Assembly: GCA_951406725.2 (NCBI GenBank)
Contig: OX597828.1
Coordinates: forward strand, 16,368,001 to 16,432,000
Source of the DNA: Octopus vulgaris
Taxonomy: Eukaryota
Reading direction: 5' to 3'
Length of the DNA stretch: 64,000 nucleotides
A program made the position numbers and the translations under genes. Shown piece by piece: positions 12,371 to 27,627 of this stretch. The notes beneath the pieces were generated by a model that was not told the DNA's origin, did not search any database, and was given only the letters and a program-made list of their open reading frames with translations. The first letter of the stretch is position 1. Each line of letters begins with the position of its first letter.

Positions 12371-12922
12371 TGATGCAATACCAGGCAATGACTCTCATGC
12401 CTTTTGATTTTCACTGATTGGATGTGTTGTCATGTACATTTTTTTTGTCTCGGGGTAAAAGATGGGCTGCAGCGAATATGCTGCTCAATACCACATATTT
12501 GTATGTCATTTGTTTGATTTTAACCAGCTGGGCATGTCCCTTAGTGGCTGACAATAGATGTTTGTCCGATCAGGAGCCGGAGAAGTGAGGGAGCATCATA
12601 GACATTTGTTGAGAAGAATTCTTTAGGGTTTGAATAATTTACCCTGGGAAACATGGGTGCATCGTTCAACATCTTTAGACAACCCTCACCCAGAGACCTT
12701 TTGAGTGGGTTCGGCTACTCAACCAGAAGAAAATTCTAACTGGCCCCCATCTGCAAGGTCATGCACTATTTATCTTGATAAGAGGTCACCACGTCGCGCA
12801 CATATGCTTGTGATGTATGGTTCTGGTATACCCTTATCAGACGGGTACTTATAATAGGTATTTTAGGTTTCGCATATGTGCAACCCAGGATCACTTTCAT
12901 GGTATGTGCTGCTCCCTCATTC
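12371..12922 (+). mobile_element. About 550-bp non-coding interspersed element (family F) embedded in (AAT)n
   Basis: Collinear end to end with reverse complement of 61621-62170. Confidence 0.85.
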
Positions 12923-12924
12923 AA

Positions 12925-13277
<353 letters not shown>

Positions 13278-13281
13278 ATGA

Positions 13282-13670
13282 GGGCGCGAGCGTGACTTTG
13301 TGGTAAGAAGCTTGTTTTCCAACCACACGGTTCTGTGTTCAGTGTCACTGCGTGGCACCTTGGGCAAGTATCTTCTACTATAGCTTCGGGTCGACCAAAG
13401 CCTTGTGAGTAGATTTGGTAGACGGACACTGAAAAACTCGTCGAATATATATATCTATATGTGTGTGTGTGTGTGTGTGTCCCATCACTGCTTGACAACC
13501 AATGCTGGTGTATACGTCCCCGTAACTTAGCGGTTCGGCAGGAGAGACCGATAGAATAAGTACTAGGCTTACAAAAACTAAGTCCTGGGTTCGATTGGCT
13601 CGGACTAAAGGCGGCGCTCCAGCATGGCCGCAGTCAAATGACTGAAACAATCAAAAGAATAAAAGAATAA
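13282..13670 (+). mobile_element. SINE family A (tRNA-like head, CORE-like accttgggcaagt box, internal microsatellite)
   Basis: Same consensus as 20104, 22805, 29593, 50322 copies. Confidence 0.92.
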
Positions 13671-13724
13671 AAAAAACAGTGATGAACCACAGAAAACAAA
13701 ACACCCCCTTATACATCTGTATTC

Positions 13725-14037
13725 TTTCTTTTACTCTTTTATTTGCTTCTGTCATTTGACTGCGACCATGCTGGAGCACCGCCTTTAGTCGAGCAAATCG
13801 ACCCCAGAGCCTATTATTTGTAAGCCTAGTACTTATTTTACCGGTCTGTGTTGCCGAACAGCTAGGTTACGAGGATGTAAGCACACCAACATCAGTTGTC
13901 AAGCAGTGATGGGGGATAACACACACACACGTTTATTCTATCGGTCTCTTTTGCCGAACCGCTAAGTTACGGTGACGTAAACACACCAGCATCGGTTGTC
14001 AAGCGATGTTGGGGGGGGACAAACACAGACACACAAG

Positions 14038-14091
<54 letters not shown>

Positions 14092-14255
14092 CGACGGGCT
14101 TCTTTTCAGTTTCCGTCTACCAAATCCACTCAGAAGGCTTTGGTCGGCCCGAAGCTATAGTAGAAGACCCTTGCCCAAAGTGTCATGCAGTGGGACTGAA
14201 CCCGGAACCATGTAGTTCGTAAGCAAGCTACTTACCACACAGACACTCCTACGCC
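13725..14255 (-). mobile_element. SINE family A with internal duplication, tail-to-tail with previous copy
   Basis: Reverse-complement match to family A; segment about 13835-13930 repeated at 13932-14045. Confidence 0.9.
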
Positions 14256-14599
14256 TATCTACATAAACCGCAAAATAATCAGTAAAACATTATATACAGT
14301 AATTAGTGTTACTATTAATTACATCAAACGGTAACAACGCACCTCATATCCCAATAACAACCACAAATATTATATGCACACACGCTGTAGAATCAAGCAA
14401 ACGTCTTTATGTGTTAAAGTTTTGAAAATTCAACACCAAACACTACATAAAAACATAAATATGAGTTTAAAATAAAATACGTATCTTCCACTTAAATCTT
14501 GATGTTGAATCTATTTTCCATCAGACAACAAAAACAAAAACACGAGGAAAAATTTAAAACGTGAAAAAGCATGAAAGCCTAACCAAATAAATGCAAACA

Positions 14600-14991
14600 T
14601 ACAGTTCTATGTTTAAGAGATGAGGAACTATGTACATTATTTACATTAATTACATTCAACAGATATTTGTCCTCATCTTGTTTGTTGTTCACACAACGTT
14701 TAACCACGGGCATATGGTGTAGTGGTTAAGAGCGCGGGCTACAAACCCCAAGATTCCGAGTTCGATTCCAAGCAGTGACCTGAACAACTGCAACAACAAC
14801 AACAACAATAATGATAATAATAATTATAATAATAGTAACATCGAAAAATACCTTAGGAATGAGAATCCAGTTTCGGAATTTCCCCCAAGACACCTGAAGA
14901 AGGCTGGAGGGTATATCAGCCGAAACGTTGTGTTAACAACAAACAAGATGAGGACAAATATCTGTTGAATGTAAATAATGTAAATAATGTA
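14600..14991 (+). mobile_element. tRNA-headed SINE-like element with hammerhead ribozyme and 5' inverted copy of its tail
   Basis: A-box TGGTGTAGTGG (14715-14725), B-box GAGTTCGATTCC (14758-14769), HHR 14889-14934, inverted repeat 14633-14701 / 14923-14991 (69 bp, 2 mismatches). Confidence 0.85.
14889..14934 (+). ncRNA. Minimal type I hammerhead ribozyme (PLE type, palindromic stem III)
   Basis: GACAC-CUGAAGA-A-GGCUG(GAGGGUAUAU)CAGCC-GAAA-CG-U-U-GUGUU; predicted cleavage after 14929. Confidence 0.8.
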
Positions 14992-17474
14992 AATAATGCA
15001 AATACAAATATATTGCAAAATCACCTCTGGCATGAAAGAATCATTGTACTATATAACATCTGTAATTGCTCGCACTTCCAAATTCTGAGTGAAATTACCA
15101 GTATCTGCTAGGTGGGTAAAAATGTTTTGTAATAATTCTAAAACCCGACGAGATTCAGATAAGGTGAATGGTGGAGGTGTGTGGCTTTGTGGTTAAGGTG
15201 GTGGACGCATGATAGTAAGGTTGTAGTTTCGATTCCTCGACCACCGGGAGATGCATTGTGTTCTTGAGCAGAGAGAGGCTTTGTTTGAGCCGGAGCTATA
15301 GTAGATTACATTTGCGCAAGTTACCACCTACAAGAAAGTGGTTGCGAAGCAAGCTTACTAATCGTACTGCCATGCCTGCGCTTATAATACTCAGCATATT
15401 CGCGAAGCTAACACACACACAAAAAAAAAAATACATGATGGCTTCAACCATCAAAACTCTCACCCTTATCATTCTAAGTAGCAGAAACGCACACAACCAT
15501 CTCATGAACCTGTGTGCGTGAGGAGTGCTTTGCGTTCCGATGGTTGTGAAAAAAGAACACAAAATGCTGGCCAAATGCCCTATCCAGTGTAAGGGAACAT
15601 TTCGGAATTTGCAATTTCCCGCAAAGAGCAGCATGACCATTCGTCCTTTTATTCACTTTTTCATACCTTATACCTACATACTCTCTTCACAGTTATCCCT
15701 GTACGCAGATGACCTTACGGTAGTGTTCTTACACCGTTCTCTCAGACAATGTTTTGTAACTACTTTAACCCCGACAAAATCACCGGTGATCCTGGCTCTA
15801 TGAAAACAGACTTAAATAGCGGCTGGTAAAAATGTATTGTTTGTTTCCTTACAAACGACAACAGAGAACATCAAATAGAAGCAACTATCACAGGGTACAT
15901 TATAAATGCGCCACACACAAATGAAAAGCAAAAATTCATATTTAAGAATAATGCCGAATAAAAATATACATTGTATCCATTATGGGTTATTGCAGTAATA
16001 CTAGTCATAACCAATCTTGCAATAATCTATCAGAATAAAGTAGCTATTACTAAAAACAGTTCACATAGTAACATGGTGTATCCAACCACGCTCACGGCCC
16101 TCTTTCACCACATACACATACACACAGACACACACACACTCAAGCACGCGGAGACAGACACATACATCCATACACACACGTATATGGAAATAAAAGAAGA
16201 GATGAACACGTGAGGGGCACAGTTTGTTACCGAAATACTTTTCAACTACCACAATCCTTGTCATGAGCCTGGGATGCTTCGGTACGATCGTATTTGACAT
16301 CGTTGATGTGACGATGACTTATTTGACATCGTTTATGTGATGATGACTTATTTGACACAAGACGTTTTAATGTTTCTCTTGTTCTAATATATCTCTTTCT
16401 CTATCTGTTTCTGTTTCACTTTTCACACCTGTATATCTATATTTCTGCCTGTGCGCACTCCTGTGTTGTTTACCTCCAGTGTTAAAATGTACGGTCCCCA
16501 AAACAAGTTTAATCTTCAGCGAGGCAGTGCCAAATCGCATGCGTCTAAACTGCTGCGCCCAGTCGCTTCAGCTCGCTTTGTCACTCTATGTAGAACCACA
16601 TCCTAATATCTGGTTATTGATTGCTTCTTTCGTTTATTGGTAGTGTTGTTGTTACATGTGTTGTTTTTGTTTGTTTCTTTTTCCCGTTTAACCCAACGTC
16701 GGCCCCTGAAAAGAGAAAACTCAAAAGTAGAATTATTGGGATCGATGGCTGTAACCCCGACTGAGATCAACGACAAAGTCGCATGGCATTATGGTCTGGA
16801 GACATTATGTTTCTTAGGATGACAATAATAAAAGAAAAAAATGTATTTCGTTTAAGAAAATATAAAGAAGAAAAACAGAGCCAATATCTGAGAAAGAAGA
16901 GAATAAGAAAATGGGAAAAGGAAAGACATAAAAAATCAGCATAAAGAGACAGAGAGAGAGAGAGAGAGAGAGAGGGGAGGAGCGCAAAAGAAAAGGTGAG
17001 ATATATAGGGAGATGTGAAAAAGGGTGCTAAAAATATAAAGAGACTCGATGAATGTTGTAGGGTATTTTTAATATGATAAATCGCCTGGCGAGAAAATAG
17101 TTTTAACATTGCTGTCTGTCAATATAATAGATAATGTGTCATTAAAGCTGAGCGTAATTATTATTATACACATCACTGTCAATGTACACAATGTCTATAA
17201 TTTATAGCGATAATATGTTCGCTTAAGGAAGGTCACACGCAAATACGAGACATTTTATTTCATGAAATACCGTCTTGTTTATTTGAGGAGTTGCTTCAAC
17301 AGTAAGTTATATATCTTTAATTATATACCGTTATCTCGACGTTGTCTACCACGTCTGTCGTATTTCATCGTAGCAAAACCAAGTGAAACAGGTTCGGATA
17401 TATAACGGAAATGCCAGAACGTCGAATGGTTATTTATTATTATTATTATTATTATTATCATTTTTATTATTATT

Positions 17475-17596
17475 ACTTTTTTTTTCTTCTTTCAAATTTG
17501 CTTCCATTTCTTGCCGAGTGTCTTCCCGACTCCTAGGGCAAAGAAACTCATAGTTTACATTGGTAGGCCATTAAACCAAACTCAATAGTTCGTTCA

Positions 17597-17600
<4 letters not shown>
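17475..17600 (-). mobile_element. Second copy of the 125-bp LINE-UTR-like element, inside (ATT)n (tract continues to about 18000)
   Basis: Near-identical to 5645-5770. Confidence 0.8.
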
Positions 17601-17645
<45 letters not shown>

Positions 17646-17670
17646 GCTATCATTATTATTATTATTGTTG

Positions 17671-17750
<80 letters not shown>

Positions 17751-17784
17751 GCTATCATTATTATTATTATTGTTGTTGTTGTTA

Positions 17785-17830
<46 letters not shown>

Positions 17831-17904
17831 TATTATTATTATTGTTATTATTATTACTATTATTATTATTATTATTGCTATAATTATTATTATTATTGTT
17901 GTTG

Positions 17905-17974
<70 letters not shown>

Positions 17975-18000
17975 TATTATTATTATTATTATTATTATTA

Positions 18001-18350
18001 AGGCGGCGAGCTGGGAGAATCGTTAGCACGCTGGACGAAGTGCTTAGCGCTGTTTCGCTCGTCCTTACGTTCTGAGTTCAAATTCCGCCGAGGTCGACTT
18101 TATCTTTCATCTTTTCGGGTTCGATAAATTAAGTACCAGTGAAACACTGGGGTCGATGTAATCGACTAAACCCCCTCCTCCAAATTTCGGGCCTTGTGCA
18201 TATAGTAGAAATTACTAAGGCAGCGGGTTGATAAAATCGTTAACATACCGGGCGAAATACTTTGCGGCATTTCATCCTTCCTTACCCCTTGAGTTCAAAT
18301 GCAACCGCGGTCAACTGTGCATTTCATCTTTTCGGGCTCGAAAATTTAGT
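18001..18350 (+). mobile_element. SINE family B, one full copy plus a degenerate second copy
   Basis: aggcggcgagctgg...gagttcaaattccgccgaggtcgacttt...gtcgatgtaatcgac. Confidence 0.88.
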
Positions 18351-18604
18351 TGCTGAACATAGCCCAGCGTGCTAACGAGTTTGTTAGCTCACCGCCTTCT
18401 ATTACGATAATAATCATTTCTAATTTAAGTTCAAAACCAACAATATTGAGGGAGGAGTTTTGTCGTTATCATCGCTATCAGCACTTAAAGGACGTAAATT
18501 AAAGTTGACGTCGAGAGAATTTGAAATCAGAACGTAAAAGCCAAAAACAAAGTATTTTTTCCGACGCTCTAACAACTCTGCTAATTCGACGCCTATAATA
18601 ACAA

Positions 18605-18635
<31 letters not shown>

Positions 18636-18702
18636 CATACATACAAACATACATACATACATACATACATACATACACACTTAAAATGTTAAAGGGTAAA
18701 GA

Positions 18703-19040
18703 GTGAAGACCCCCTTCCCCTTTAGGTCAAGAATGACCATGGGATTGCACCTAGAATGCTCCCTTCCGAGGTAGACGTCCGGCAAGCTTGTTTATGGAAG
18801 ACCAGTAGTCGCCCTTGACATACTATCCTCCTCTCTCCAAGCCACCGATGTTACCCAAGGGAAAGACAAAAGCCGATACAGCTTGGTACCAGTGATGTCG
18901 CAACTCATTTCTACAGCTGAGCGAACTAGAGCAACACGAAAATAAAGTGTCTTGCTCAAGAACACAACACACAGCCCGGTCCTGGAATCGAACTCACTAA
19001 CTCATGATTGTGAGCCTGATGCTCTATCCATTGATCCATA
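18703..19040 (-). mobile_element. SINE family C (tRNA-like head)
   Basis: Reverse complement matches 23978-24313 and 60836-61172. Confidence 0.9.
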
Positions 19041-19042
19041 CT

Positions 19043-19555
<513 letters not shown>

Positions 19556-19574
19556 GTATATAGAGTTAGTTCAA

Positions 19575-19916
<342 letters not shown>

Positions 19917-20047
19917 TACACCCACATACACACTATTATATACATATATGTAGATGTATGTGTATATATATGTATTATATATACATGCATACATACATAC
20001 ATACATACATACATACATACATACATACATACATACATACACACACG

Positions 20048-20098
<51 letters not shown>

Positions 20099-20103
20099 GT
20101 ATA

Positions 20104-20260
20104 TGAGTGGCTATGTGGTAAGTAGCTTGCTTACCAACCAAACGGTTCTGGTTCAGTCCCACTGCGTAGCACCTTGGGCAAGTATCTTCTATAGCCTCGG
20201 GCCGACCAAAGCCTTGTGAGTGGATTTGGTAGACGGAAACTGAAAGAAGCTCGTTGTATC

Positions 20261-20301
<41 letters not shown>

Positions 20302-20510
20302 ATGTGTGTATGCTTGTGTGTCTGTGTTTGTCCCCCAACATCGCTTGACAACCGATACTGGTGTGTTTACGTCCCCGTAACTTAGCGGTTCATTATGAGA
20401 GACCGATAGAATCAGTACTAGGCTTACAAAGAATAACTCTTGGGTTCGATTGGCTCGGACTAAAGGCGGCGCTCCAGCATGGCCGCAGTCAAATGATTGA
20501 AACAAAAGAA
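20104..20510 (+). mobile_element. SINE family A
   Basis: Consensus match. Confidence 0.92.
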
Positions 20511-20563
20511 ATACACGGATGTATATATATGTATATACATAATTGCATGTGCATATATACATA

Positions 20564-20598
<35 letters not shown>

Positions 20599-20651
20599 GC
20601 ATGTGTATATGTATATGCGTGTGTATATATACGCATGTATATATGTGTGCG

Positions 20652-20709
<58 letters not shown>

Positions 20710-22019
20710 TACATATATATATATATATACATATACATTAAATTGAGCCCTAACATACATAATATAGCAAGTCAAGAAGCGTTAACTGATTAATTTTAGA
20801 GCAATTGTGTGAAGAACTAATTATGCTAATGACTAAGGCTCTTGAAAAAAGACAAGGGAGACAACCAATCACCGGAATTTAAATTAATTAAAAATGAACT
20901 ATATATGTATGTTTCTTTGCATGTGCGCATTCCTGCATGTTTGCACGCGCGCGTGTGTATATGTGTACGTGTGTTTTATCCTCCGCTGTCTCAAGTACCG
21001 TAGGCTAGACTGCATTTAAGTATCGAGAATGACGAAGTTATAGAGAAAACAAAAATACCTCTTCAATAATGAAGGAAAAATTATTTCAATTTGGGTGTGT
21101 CGGGCAGTATCTCAAGTATTTAAAGTAAAAATACTTTCGTGTATGTTTGCTTTTACACATACACACTTACACACATTCACTCAAACACGCTCTCACAAAC
21201 ACATACGCACACAGAAACACGTACATATACACATATATATACGTGTATCAGTCTTCTTACATGCAAGTATGCATCTATCTAAGCATTTAGCGAATGTCGT
21301 CGTCTCTCTTGCCAAACGCATAAAATTATAATATGGCCTGTTACTTGAGATTGTTAGTAAGATTATACAATAATATATTCATAGTGGAGAGAATTTTATT
21401 AGTTACGTAATCCCATGGAACTTTATCGTGCGACAATAAAAATATGTTGATCAGTTAAGGCCATAGCTAAACCGGAAGTAAGTAATCCACCATTTGCATT
21501 TTGGTAGCATATGAAAATGCTGACTGATATTCTGAGTTTGAAATAATGGATAAAATCGATAACCTACTCTACTGCGAGAGAAAAGACAAGAAGTATTGAA
21601 ATAATGCTTAATGTCCATATTAATTTGCTTCTTACTCCAAACTGGGTCGTATTTTGTGTCTGTCTAACGACTCTGTTCAGACTGGTCTAGGAACCAGTTC
21701 ATGGAGTTAGTAAATAATTCATAATATGTAATTATACATTAGAAATTCTTATGTATTTATTTTGTTATCTTGTATCATGCATGTTGTGAACAATGGAGTC
21801 GTTGGTTTAAAGGCTTCTATCAGGCTAAACAATGATTAACCGAATTTCTGAAGGTGAGTATGACATGAGACCGTTTGTGCAATTTGGACAGAAAAAAAAA
21901 TATCACAATATTATTTTTGTTCGGCGCATGAATTTATTAGTAAATTTTCTCGCCAACATGTAGATTTTTTTCACACCGCACGGGTATAACACACAAGACT
22001 CTCTCTCTCTCTCTCTCTC

Positions 22020-22318
<299 letters not shown>

Positions 22319-22804
22319 TATATACATATATATATAGGGAGAGGGAGAGAGTCGCGCACACGCACAAATGTACCGATATTTATCTATCTATCTACCTATC
22401 TATCTACCTATCCATCTGCTATGTAAATATGTATGCATACATACATGGATGTATTTATGTCTGTATGTCTGTATGTATGCATGCATATACATTCATGCTT
22501 TACTTACACACGCCATATAACGCTGATTCACAAACAAACAAGCACTCATCAAATGGGCTTCTGCACAGTTTCCGTCTAACAGCCTATACTAGCAAAATCT
22601 CAGTCAAATAAAGCCTATGACAAAAATCACTTGTTCTAAATGTCACACAATCGGATAAACTCCCAAATCACGTGATTGCTTTATAAATATCCTAGCTAGA
22701 CAGCCATGCCTACTTCCAAATTTTCCTACCAAGTCATAATATAACGATAGAGCAAATGAATTCTAGAGCATATATTAATAATATATGCGACTGTACTATG
22801 CATA

Positions 22805-23215
22805 GGCGCAGGAGTGGCTGTGTGGTAAGTAGCTTGTTTACCAACCAGATGGTTCCGGGTTCAGTCCCACTGCGTGGCACCTTGGGCAAGTGTCTTCTAC
22901 TATAGCCTCGGGCCGACCAAAGCCTTGTGAGTGGATTTGGTAGACGGAAACTAAAACAAGCCCGTCGTATATATGTATATATTTATACATGCGTGTGTGT
23001 GTTTGTATGTCTGTGTTTGTCCCCCTAGCATTGCTTGACAACCGATGCTGGTGTGTTTATGTCCCCGTTACTTAGCGGTTCGGCAAAAAGAGACCGATAG
23101 AATAAGTACTGGGCTTACAAAAGAATAAGTCCCGGGGTCGAGTTGCTCAATTAAAGGCGGTGCTCCAGTATGGCCGCAGTCAAATGACTGAAAGAAATAA
23201 ATGAGTAAAAGAGTA
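22805..23215 (+). mobile_element. SINE family A, full length
   Basis: ggcgcaggagtggctgtgtggtaag head through gagtaaaagag tail. Confidence 0.95.
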
Positions 23216-23875
23216 TGCTATATAATAAATCTATAGGTTTCAGTGTGTGCTAATTTAAAAGTCTTTCTTTAAAAATCACTTGAGCTACTGAGTACCCATC
23301 TTAACTACCCTTAGAATTTTGTATCTTAACGGCTTCAGGAAAATCGCAGAAGTCGATTTGCAGAAATAAAGCATTTCCAGCAGGTACTTCGATAAATAAA
23401 TCACTAACTTGTTGGCTGTGTTTTGTCATAATGCTATACTGTCTTGGTGCAATTGTTTCGATGCTATAGAGCATATTTACCAATTTTAGCCAACACTTCG
23501 TAAATATATTATCTAAATAAAATGACTCCGTGGACAGTTAAAGAGGTTGGTCAGTGGAGGAAATCGTATGGTTAAAACTGCTTCACAGTTTCCTCCGTTT
23601 TAGTCCGCAGAAAGAGACAGAGAGAGACAAAAAAAGAGAGAGAAAGAAAATGTACACAGCACAAATCATATCTGTTTCTTCTTTAACTTGGAGCTTTGTT
23701 TAAAATTTAAGATTTAATTTATGATGTTTAAGATTTAGTTAACGATGTATTACAGTATCAAATCAAATCGTTGCGTTTGAGAGAACTTCTGTTGTAAGGA
23801 CTGACATAAGTCTAAAATTGACTTTTCTTCTTTTTTTGTGAATATATATCTTCCTGTATACATACATACATACAT

Positions 23876-24313
<438 letters not shown>

Positions 24314-24454
24314 CTATATATATATATATATAAATATAAATATTATATGTATACATATATCTGTATATATATGTATATTTATGTATATATACATATGTAT
24401 ACATATGTATACATATATGTATACATATGTATATGTACATACATACAGACATAT

Positions 24455-24491
<37 letters not shown>

Positions 24492-24575
24492 CATATGTAT
24501 ACATATATATATATATATATGTATATTTATGTATATATATACATATGTATACTTATGTATATGTACATACATACA

Positions 24576-24627
<52 letters not shown>

Positions 24628-24659
24628 TATCTTGTTTATCGATCTGATATTATTGTAGG

Positions 24660-24985
24660 AGAGCGAAGGCGCATGATTTTGTGGTCAGGTTATTCAGCTC
24701 ATGATCGTTAGGTCGTCATTTCGATACTCGGTGCCGCGTTGTGTTCTTGAGCAAGACGTTTTATTTCACGTTGCTCCAGGCCACTCGTCTGGCGTATATG
24801 TGTAGTACCTGTCTTTCAAAAGTTCAGCTTTGTCACATTCTGTGTCACGTCGAATCCCCATTGAGAACTACGTTAAGGATATGCATGTCTGTGGAGTACT
24901 CAGCCACTTGCACGCTAATTTCACGAGCAGGCTGTTCCGTTGGCCGGATCAGACAGAACACCCGTCGTCATAACCGGTGCAGCAC
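24660..24985 (+). mobile_element. SINE family E (tRNA head, gagaactacgttaagg body)
   Basis: Matches reverse complement of 50885-51205; decayed pieces at 25860-25950 and 26195-26340. Confidence 0.8.
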
Positions 24986-25585
24986 TATTTATCATAATTA
25001 TTTTTAATGAAAGAGGAAGCTGATCTTATCGAGATATAAAACCAGAGACCAGCGACTCAAAATTAATACAACTAAAATATTCGTTTCTACTCGAGGTACA
25101 AAGCCTGAAATTTTGGGTGAGGGAAGGGGGCGTCGATTAAATACACCCCAGTACGCAACTCGTTCTTAATTTATCGATCCTGAAATGATAAAAGGCAAAG
25201 TCGATCTCGGCAGAATTTGAACTCAGAACTGACAGCTAAAATATTCAAGTGATACATGTAGTTGATTATTGTCGTTCGAAAATAATGCTTCTGGATGGGC
25301 ATGGCTGGGTGCGTTCTATTACAGATATGTTGGATTAAAGCTCGACAGGGTTTCCATAATACACACATATTTCACACGTACATATGCATACATACATATA
25401 TACATACATACCACAAATATACACATGCATAAATACATACATATATGTATAAGTATCAACGCGTCTATATGCGAGTGCATGTGTGCGTGCGGGCGCGCGT
25501 GTATGTGTGTATGTACACACACACACATGCATACAGATACTTTCATTCATTTGTGCGAGCATGCATACACCTAAATATATACATT

Positions 25586-25674
<89 letters not shown>

Positions 25675-25697
25675 ATATATGTATATGTATATATATA

Positions 25698-25746
<49 letters not shown>

Positions 25747-25977
25747 ATGTAGACATACATGTTTACAATAATATATGCAAATATATATCTATCTACACAT
25801 AGACATACATGCTTGTACATACATACATACACCCGCATACACACATTCACACATACATCGCTGCGCTGACTCTGCTGGAGAATTCTGAAACGGATGCAAG
25901 TGTCTGTGGAATTAGATGCTCTGTCGATTCCGCCAATTCGTCTTGCACACACGCAAACACATTCTAATATGTATATA

Positions 25978-26047
<70 letters not shown>

Positions 26048-26092
26048 GCATGAATGTGTGTATAAATATACATACATATATATATATATTAT

Positions 26093-26129
<37 letters not shown>

Positions 26130-26131
26130 GT

Positions 26132-26174
<43 letters not shown>

Positions 26175-27114
26175 CATTCGTACTATACTTCTGCACGCCG
26201 TGTCACGCTGATTCCGCCAAAGGATTACGTCGCGGGTACCCTTGACTGTGGAATTACTCAACCACTTACAGCATGATTACATGTTTCCTTCATTCGGTTG
26301 ACAGAACATCTGGAATCCTCATTCCTCGAAACCGATGCTAGATCCATTCACAAACGTGTCTATGGCTCTCTGTCTGTGATTAGTGTGTATATATATCTAT
26401 GTGCATGAGTATGTGCGTGTGTTTGTATGTGTGTATGTGTGTATGTGTGAAGAAATGCATGTTTGTTTAGGAATGTGTATTTTTAGTTGTGTAATCGCAA
26501 AATTCTTTAAGTTCAAAACTGTTTATGTAACTTATGGTGGAGCGATATAATTTCTGAAGGAATGTGACTAAATCCATCGGTATTTCGTAAGAGAGAAACG
26601 CAAGAATTTGCACCAAAAATATCATTGTGACTCTTGTTTCATTTGTTGTTGATATTTTCATTGTTAATCTTAGGGATGTCAATGTTGGCATTTAACCCTA
26701 GGTCGGTAGTGATGAAGCAGAGCAGTGATCAAAAACATTCAGTTATGACACCTTTGATACCTTCATACTGTCCTTTCTGACTATAATAACAGCCCGTCAT
26801 CAACTACATAAATAAGAATGATTACGAGAATGGTGGTGCTGGTCTCTTGCATTCCCAGAAAGACGGTTCTGCAATTTCTTGCTGAGAAACCAGCACAAAT
26901 CATTCGTTGATGGTGATCGATTCCGTCCATCAAATCGACGTTGCCTGATCAGGTGCACAGCGTACCACGTTTTAGGTGTCAAAGTGATCGCAAAGCAATG
27001 CGAGATGAAGAGTTTTGCTCAAGACTATAACGTGCTTCTCGATCCGGGAATTGAAACCTCAATCTGAAGATCATAAGTGCAACACTGTAACCACTAAGCC
27101 ACGTGGCCGATTAT

Positions 27115-27400
27115 TAACGATTTCGTTTATTTGCCACGAGGGCGAAGGACGGGAGGGGGGCAATACAAAGGCAGACATAAAGTGTTGGGGGTTTACATAT
27201 AATGAAATCATAAAAAAAGGACAGAAAGAAAGAAAGTGTACACGGCATACTCCGGGAGAGAAGGGGCATATGCATAGCATACAAAGGTAAAAAAAAAGGG
27301 GAGGATGATAGAAATGTGGCCCTCCTGATACTGGAAGACCTCTAGGGATAATAGAGGAACCTCACTGTCTGAGATTTGCCTGAAACCCCGAGTACAAGCA
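27115..27400 (-). mobile_element. LINE 3' UTR copy related to 10420-10690
   Basis: Shared attatccctagagg..tatcag.agggccacat motif. Confidence 0.75.
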
Positions 27401-27627
27401 AACAATATAACGGCATCAATATCATTCTACATGAGATAAAGCCTCTATGCGGTCGTTCACCCAGCTAGAAATAGCAGCGCTGTAATATAGCAGATTCAAT
27501 TCCTTTCCAGTTTCACATTTCCACAGTCCCTGAAGATATGTGAACTGATGTACCTTGCTTAAGAACACAATGCTTCATCCGGGAATCGAATGTTATGACC
27601 TTACGATTGTGAGTACATGTTATGAAT

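Noticed and set aside
14707-14780. tRNA gene (also heads at 23978, 27943, 51205, 60836)
   Set aside because: A and B boxes are present but the acceptor stem is incomplete and each continues into a SINE body
15525-15803. ORF containing LSLYADDL (RT-like YADD)
   Set aside because: Isolated motif with no flanking RT motifs; at most a tiny LINE relic
21824-21853. 30-nt microexon-like segment (cag/...aag/gtgagt)
   Set aside because: Stops in all three frames; no other support
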